A DNA stretch of 28,426 nt, from IMG/VR virus record IMGVR_UViG_3300045000_000073, positions 1-28,426 of that record, one strand, 5' to 3'. Positions 23,436 to 28,426 of the stretch are shown piece after piece. A model generated the notes under the pieces. The model saw only the letters and a list, made by a program, of their open reading frames with translations. It was not told the origin of the DNA and made no database searches. Each line of letters opens with the position of its first letter. Position 1 is the first letter of the stretch. The position numbers and the translations under genes are program-made. This stretch comes from a virus (Duplodnaviria > Caudoviricetes).

Positions 23436-26400
23436 GTGGGGCTCGTGGCCGAGATCGACGACCTGTACCTGATCCTGCGAGCCCAGACCGCCCCTCTGAC
23501 GGAGGGCTTCCTCACCGCCGGCACCGCTGGCGAGGAACTGGCCGCGAACCTGTCGGCGGCGATGACGGAGATCACCGTCGCCGTCGACCGGATGGCCACC
23601 AACGTCAGGGTGGCGTCGGGGTCGATCGACGAAATGGCCTTGAAGGGCCGCATCGAGTACGACCGGCTGGCCGCCTCGGCAACGGCCGCGTCGGTCAAGA
23701 TGGAAGCCGCCACCGCGAAAGCCGCAGCGTCAAATGAGGCGCTCGGCGTGTCCATGGCGGCCACGCCGGTCAGGGCTGGCCCTTCGGCGAAAGCCCTCGG
23801 CCTGGTTGCGTTGGCGGCGGCGGCCGGTGGTGTCGAACTGGTCAAGATGGCCGGGAACTTCGAATCGGCCACCGTCCGGCTCGTTACGTCGGCCGGTGAA
23901 ACCAACGCCAACCTGGACCTGGTGCGGCAGGGCATCCTGCACATGGCCGGCGACGTGGGCACTTCCGCCGACGACTTGGCCCGCGCCATGTACACGATCG
24001 AGTCCGGCGGCCAGCACGGCGCCGAAGGCCTCAAGGTGCTGCGGGCCGCAGCCGAGGGCGCCAAGACCGAGAACGCGGACCTGAGAACCGTCGCCGACGC
24101 GGTCACCAGCGTTCTGCAGGACTACCACCTGAAAGCCGACGCGGCGGCCACGGTCACCTCGAAACTCGTGGCGGCGGTCGGTGCCGGCAAGACGACGTTC
24201 CAGGAGTTAACTGGGTCGTTGCACAGCGTGCTGCCGATCGCCTCGTCGGCGGGCATTTCCCTGGAGGACATCACCGGCGCCCTCGCGAGCATGACGGTGC
24301 ACGGCATGTCCGCCGACCAGGCGGCCCAAAACCTCGCCGACACGATCAAGCACATGGTCGCGCCCACGACGGTGCAGACCAAAGAACTCGGCCAACTGGG
24401 CATGTCGTCGAGCGAGTTGGCCGACAAGCTCGGCAAGCGCGGCCTCACCGGCACCCTGCAAGACCTGTCACAGTTGATCCTGTCGCACATGGGACCGTCC
24501 GGCAGGGTCCTCATGTCGGCGTTCAGCCAGTCGAAAGACGCCGCCCGCGACGCCAACGTGATGATCGCGGCCATGCCGAAATCGTTGCAGGACATGGCGC
24601 GGGGCTACCAGGCCGGCACCATGTCCCTGGGTGACTGGCGCAAGGAACTCAAGGGACTGCCACCCGAGCAGGCCAACCTGTTGGCCCAGTTCGCCGCGTT
24701 GCAGAACAGGGCATCCGGGTTCAACGACCTACTCAAGTCGGGGTCACCGTCGGCTCAGACCTACCAGGACGCCCTTCGCCGGGTCACCGGCGACGCCACC
24801 GGCCTGACCACGGCACTGATGCTGACCGGCGAAAACACCGGCTACGTCAACGACGCCGTCAAGAAGGTGTCCACCACAACCACCGAGGCCGGCGGGCACG
24901 TCAAGGGCTGGAGCGAAATTCAGGGCACCTTCAACCAGAAGTTGGCCGACGCCAAGTCCGGTCTGGGCGCGCTGGGGATCGAGGTTGGTACGAAGCTGCT
25001 ACCGGCGGTGACAAAGCTTGTTGAGGGTCTCGCCGACGCCGCCAAGTGGCTGTCCAGGCATCAGACGATCGCGACGCTTCTGGCCATAGCCCTCGGTGTC
25101 CTCGCCGTCGGGTTCACCGTCGCCGCGATCGCGGTGTGGGCCATGAACTCGGCGCTGCTCGCCAACCCGATCACCTGGATTGTGATCGCCATCGTCGCCG
25201 CCATCGCGATCCTGGTCATCGGCATCTACGAACTGGTGAAGCACTGGAAGACGGTGTGGGGCTTCATCAAAGATATTGCCATGGATGTGTGGCATTTCTT
25301 GGTAGACGTGTGGCACGCCATTGCGAAGGAAGCCGCGAAGATCTGGAACGACGACATCGTGGGTCCGATCAAAACGGCCTGGGACACGGTCGGCCACTGG
25401 CTTGACAACGCGGTGGATTTCTTCAAGAAGCTACCCGGTCGTATCGTCACCGCCTTGACGGAACTTCCCGGCAAGCTCGCCACGGCTGCCCAGAAGGCCA
25501 TGGACGCCTTGCTGTATGCGATCGGGTACGGCATCGGCATGGTCATCAAGGAGTGGATGGACCTGCCCGGCCAGGTGTGGAGCATCCTCAAGTCGCTGTG
25601 GTCCGGCGCCACGACCATCTTCAGCAAGGGCGTGGACGCGGTCGTCGGGTTCTTTGTCGGCCTCAAAAACACGCTGCTCAACGTGACCAAAGAGCTTTGG
25701 TCCACAGTCACTTCCGCGTTCTCCACCGGCATTTCAAAGGCCGTCGGGTTCGTGCAGGCGCTACCAGGCCGGATCGCCTCGTTCTTCAACACCGCCAAGA
25801 CGACGGCCATCAACACCGCCAGCGCCCTCATCAACGGTGTCATCGACTTCTTCAAGCAGCTTCCCGGGCGGACCGCCAGCGCGATCAGCGGCCTACCCGG
25901 TGCGATCAAAAAGGTCCTGTCGGGGGCCGGGGACTGGCTGTACTCCACCGGCCAGGACATCATCCACGGCCTCATCAACGGTGTCATGGACGCGGTTGGT
26001 GGGGCGATCGACGCGGCCAAACACGCAATTGGCCAGATCCTGCAGGGCGCGAAGGACGCGATCGGCGTCCACAGCCCGTCCACGAAGTTCCGCGACGAGG
26101 TGGGGCATTGGATTCCGCACGGTATCGCCGCCGGCATTGATGCGGCCAGTGGTGTCGCCGTGGACGCGGTGGCGAAGCTGGCTGGGGCGATGGCCGGCTC
26201 GGTGGCACTGAAGGTTCCCGTCGGAGTTGCCGCCGCCGGGACCATGACCGGTTCCAGTTGGGGCAGCACCCTCGCCGTCGCCCCATCATCGGGCAGGACC
26301 GTCGGAGTTCCGTCGCCCACCGGTGGCGGGAAGGTTGTTGTCGAAAACCACACCCACGTGTACATCGGTGACCGGGAAATCCAGGAGTACGCGATCCGGT

Positions 26401-26447
26401 CTGCGCAGCGCACCAAACTCCGCAACGGCAACAGCCTGCTGACCTGA
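23436..26447 (+). CDS. Tape measure protein
   Basis: 1003-aa Ala-rich helical protein with a TP901-type core, hydrophobic NPITWIVIAI segment, W/F periodic repeats and IGVHSPS motif. Start is 23436 or 23445. Confidence 0.95.
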   Translation: MGLVAEIDDLYLILRAQTAPLTEGFLTAGTAGEELAANLSAAMTEITVAVDRMATNVRVASGSIDEMALKGRIEYDRLAASATAASVKMEAATAKAAASNEALGVSMAATPVRAGPSAKALGLVALAAAAGGVELVKMAGNFESATVRLVTSAGETNANLDLVRQGILHMAGDVGTSADDLARAMYTIESGGQHGAEGLKVLRAAAEGAKTENADLRTVADAVTSVLQDYHLKADAAATVTSKLVAAVGAGKTTFQELTGSLHSVLPIASSAGISLEDITGALASMTVHGMSADQAAQNLADTIKHMVAPTTVQTKELGQLGMSSSELADKLGKRGLTGTLQDLSQLILSHMGPSGRVLMSAFSQSKDAARDANVMIAAMPKSLQDMARGYQAGTMSLGDWRKELKGLPPEQANLLAQFAALQNRASGFNDLLKSGSPSAQTYQDALRRVTGDATGLTTALMLTGENTGYVNDAVKKVSTTTTEAGGHVKGWSEIQGTFNQKLADAKSGLGALGIEVGTKLLPAVTKLVEGLADAAKWLSRHQTIATLLAIALGVLAVGFTVAAIAVWAMNSALLANPITWIVIAIVAAIAILVIGIYELVKHWKTVWGFIKDIAMDVWHFLVDVWHAIAKEAAKIWNDDIVGPIKTAWDTVGHWLDNAVDFFKKLPGRIVTALTELPGKLATAAQKAMDALLYAIGYGIGMVIKEWMDLPGQVWSILKSLWSGATTIFSKGVDAVVGFFVGLKNTLLNVTKELWSTVTSAFSTGISKAVGFVQALPGRIASFFNTAKTTAINTASALINGVIDFFKQLPGRTASAISGLPGAIKKVLSGAGDWLYSTGQDIIHGLINGVMDAVGGAIDAAKHAIGQILQGAKDAIGVHSPSTKFRDEVGHWIPHGIAAGIDAASGVAVDAVAKLAGAMAGSVALKVPVGVAAAGTMTGSSWGSTLAVAPSSGRTVGVPSPTGGGKVVVENHTHVYIGDREIQEYAIRSAQRTKLRNGNSLLT

Positions 26448-26450
26448 GCC

Positions 26451-26487
26451 CCGCCGGGCGTGCCTCGACGGGGAGGCCGCCCGGCGG
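26451..26487 (+). terminator. GC-rich hairpin after the tape measure gene
   Basis: CCGCCGGGCG-t-GCCTC-gacggg-GAGGC-CGCCCGGCGG; no U-tract. Confidence 0.45.
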
Positions 26488-26528
26488 TCAGGTAACCCAC
26501 CGGTCCACGTTGGGAGGTTGGTGTTGCC

Positions 26529-28426
26529 GTGGCGACGAATTTGAACTGGCCGATGATGGCCCTCCAGTTCGGGTTCAACGTTGGCGTCAACCCGACCATC
26601 ACACCCCTGTGGACGGACCTGACCCCACGCATGTGGTCCCTGTCGTGTGGGCGGGGCCGGCAGTACGAGTTGGACCAGAACCAGGCCGGCCAGGGCGGCA
26701 TTGTTCTGGCAGACAAGGATGAGGCACTTAACCCGTCCAACCCACAAAGCCCGTTCTGGCCGAATGTGAAACCGTACCGGCAGGTCATGACCCAGGCGAT
26801 GTGGCCACCGGTGCCGGTCGGCGCGGCCACGAACCTGCTGGCCGGGCAGACCGGGACGGCCATCGACCCGTCGTTCGAGTCGTACGCCAACGGCGCCACG
26901 GTGTCGTGGATCCTGACCACCGGTGCCGGCGTCTCCCCAACGGTTACGACCACGAACCCGCAGCAGGGAACGAAGAGCCTCACCTACAACGTGACCGCCG
27001 GTGCCGGCACGAGTGGTGTAGGTTTGACGATCAACTGCATTCCCGGCCGGCAGTACACGTCCAGCCTGTACGTACGGCAAACCGTCGCGAACACGACCTT
27101 GATCTTCATTACCGGCGGGGCCAGTGGGACCTCCACGGCGTCGACCGGCTCCTATGTGCGGTTGACGTTGACGTGGACCGCCACCCAACCCACCCACCAA
27201 CTGTGGGTGGCGTCGTCCACCACCGGCAGTTCGGGCACCGTGAACGTGGACGCCATCCAAACCGAGCCGGGCGTGGTTCTCAACGCCAACCCGTCGTTTG
27301 AGGCCGGCCTGACCGGATGGAACGCCAATGGTGGCACCATCGCCTCGTCGACCACATTTCCGCACCTCGGCCAGTACTCCTGCCAGCTCACCCCGAACGG
27401 CATAGCTTCCGCCACATTCGTTGAGGCCGACCAGGTGGCGGTCACCGTCGGAACCAGCTATGTGGCGTTGGGCTGGCTGTACTCCGTCACGGGTACCGGT
27501 GCCAGCAACTGCGGGATCCGGGTCAACTGGTACGACGCCGGGCACACATACCTGTCAACGAGCAGCGTCTCAGAAAGCCCCCTTGCGGCCGGCACGTGGA
27601 CGTTTCGCAACAACACGTTCACCGCCCCAGCCAGTGCGGCGTTCGCGGGTGTCCACGCCATCATTGGCGGCACTGCCGCGACGTCGAATGTCATCTACGC
27701 CGACGACGTGTCGCTGATGTCGACGACACCGACCGCGTTTGCCACCGCAGGCCCGATCATCTACGGCGTGCACCGGGGTTTCGTCGAGCGGTGGCCGACA
27801 AACTGGAAACACCAGGGCATGTATGGCTATGCCCAGATCACCAGCGTGGACGGCTTTGCGGCGTTGGCGGCCCGCAAGCTACACACCGAATACGTCGGCG
27901 CATTGATGGCAAAGGCGCCGACCTACTACTGGCGACTCAACGAACCGCAGACTGCGACCGTATTTGCCGAGTCCAGCGGCAACAACGGTCCGCCGTTGCG
28001 TCGCCTGGACTCCAAATACGGGGCGGCCCCCATCTACACGCCGGGTACGGAGACCCACATCGCAGGAGACCCCTCCGGTGTGGGTGCGGCCATCAGCGGC
28101 GCGGCTACGCCACCCTTCACCGCCCCACTGACAGTGCTCCAGACCGGTATTGCCGTGACGCCCGGGATCAACCTCGGCAGCGGCAACACCCTGGCACTGA
28201 CGCTCGCCGCGTGGGCCACCCACACAACCCTGGCGGCCAACAACGGCTCCTGGATTACGGTCAGCGACGCCGGCTTCCGCAACCGGCTCAGGCTGTCATG
28301 GAATTCCTCCCCGTCCCCCGTGTTGCAGGCCCAGTTCCTGTCCGGCGCGGGCCTGTTCACCTCCGCTGCGGACGCGTGGGCCGGCACCACCCCGCACCTG
28401 TATGTGGCGGTACTGACCATCGACGC
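26529..28426 (+). CDS. Minor tail/baseplate protein with two CBM4/9-like modules and a LamG-like domain, 3'-truncated
   Basis: Not in the ORF track because it has no stop in the window. SD GGGAGG; MATNLNWP...WTDLT...RGRQYELDQ...; DPSFE and NANPSFEAGLTGW CBM starts; YYWRLNE LamG start. Confidence 0.88.
   Translation, partial: MATNLNWPMMALQFGFNVGVNPTITPLWTDLTPRMWSLSCGRGRQYELDQNQAGQGGIVLADKDEALNPSNPQSPFWPNVKPYRQVMTQAMWPPVPVGAATNLLAGQTGTAIDPSFESYANGATVSWILTTGAGVSPTVTTTNPQQGTKSLTYNVTAGAGTSGVGLTINCIPGRQYTSSLYVRQTVANTTLIFITGGASGTSTASTGSYVRLTLTWTATQPTHQLWVASSTTGSSGTVNVDAIQTEPGVVLNANPSFEAGLTGWNANGGTIASSTTFPHLGQYSCQLTPNGIASATFVEADQVAVTVGTSYVALGWLYSVTGTGASNCGIRVNWYDAGHTYLSTSSVSESPLAAGTWTFRNNTFTAPASAAFAGVHAIIGGTAATSNVIYADDVSLMSTTPTAFATAGPIIYGVHRGFVERWPTNWKHQGMYGYAQITSVDGFAALAARKLHTEYVGALMAKAPTYYWRLNEPQTATVFAESSGNNGPPLRRLDSKYGAAPIYTPGTETHIAGDPSGVGAAISGAATPPFTAPLTVLQTGIAVTPGINLGSGNTLALTLAAWATHTTLAANNGSWITVSDAGFRNRLRLSWNSSPSPVLQAQFLSGAGLFTSAADAWAGTTPHLYVAVLTID

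Larger units (their letters stand above)
1..28426 (+). mobile_element. Segment of an actinobacterial long-tailed phage or prophage (middle genes, packaging, head, neck and tail modules)
   Basis: Canonical order TerS-TerL-portal-MuF-protease/scaffold-capsid-connector-tail tube-chaperone-tape measure. High GC and ATGA/GTGA-coupled genes. No host genes or att site in the window, so prophage and free phage cannot be distinguished. Confidence 0.95.

Noticed and set aside
25226-26983. Long minus-strand ORFs (585 aa here; also 10158-11195, 11196-12242, 12121-13176, 15980-17008, 26286-27545)
   Set aside because: They are shadow frames of well-supported + strand genes in high-GC DNA and have no recognisable motifs.
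1-28426. tRNA genes, integrase/att sites, endolysin, reverse transcriptase or DGR repeats
   Set aside because: None was recognisable by eye in this window. They may lie outside it.

Overview
This is a 28.4 kb segment of a high-GC actinobacterial siphovirus or prophage, with almost every gene on the + strand. Positions 1-5900 are a tightly overlapping run of small middle genes, including an XRE-HTH protein, an orphan HicA-like toxin, several Cys-rich or Zn-binding proteins and a Zn-finger/HTH regulator pair. A candidate late promoter and terminator follow, then small membrane or coiled-coil proteins and an HNH protein. The morphogenesis operon runs TerS, TerL, portal, MuF-like head protein, an antisense Zn-finger/Vsr-like endonuclease, two beta-rich proteins, protease-scaffold, major capsid, neck proteins, tail tube, frameshifted tail chaperone, gp10-like protein, tape measure, and a truncated CBM/LamG tail protein. 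Three features stand out. (i) A 21-aa ORF with a strong SD after the portal gene repeats the capsid N-terminal motif PLIQKVI, differing only at synonymous codon positions. (ii) The portal is fused to a ParB/DGQHR-like domain. (iii) A 180-aa His/Lys/Arg tandem-repeat protein with no acidic residues sits among the neck and tail genes. All family calls are from motif recognition by eye; no searches were run. No integrase, lysin, tRNA or CRISPR array was seen.
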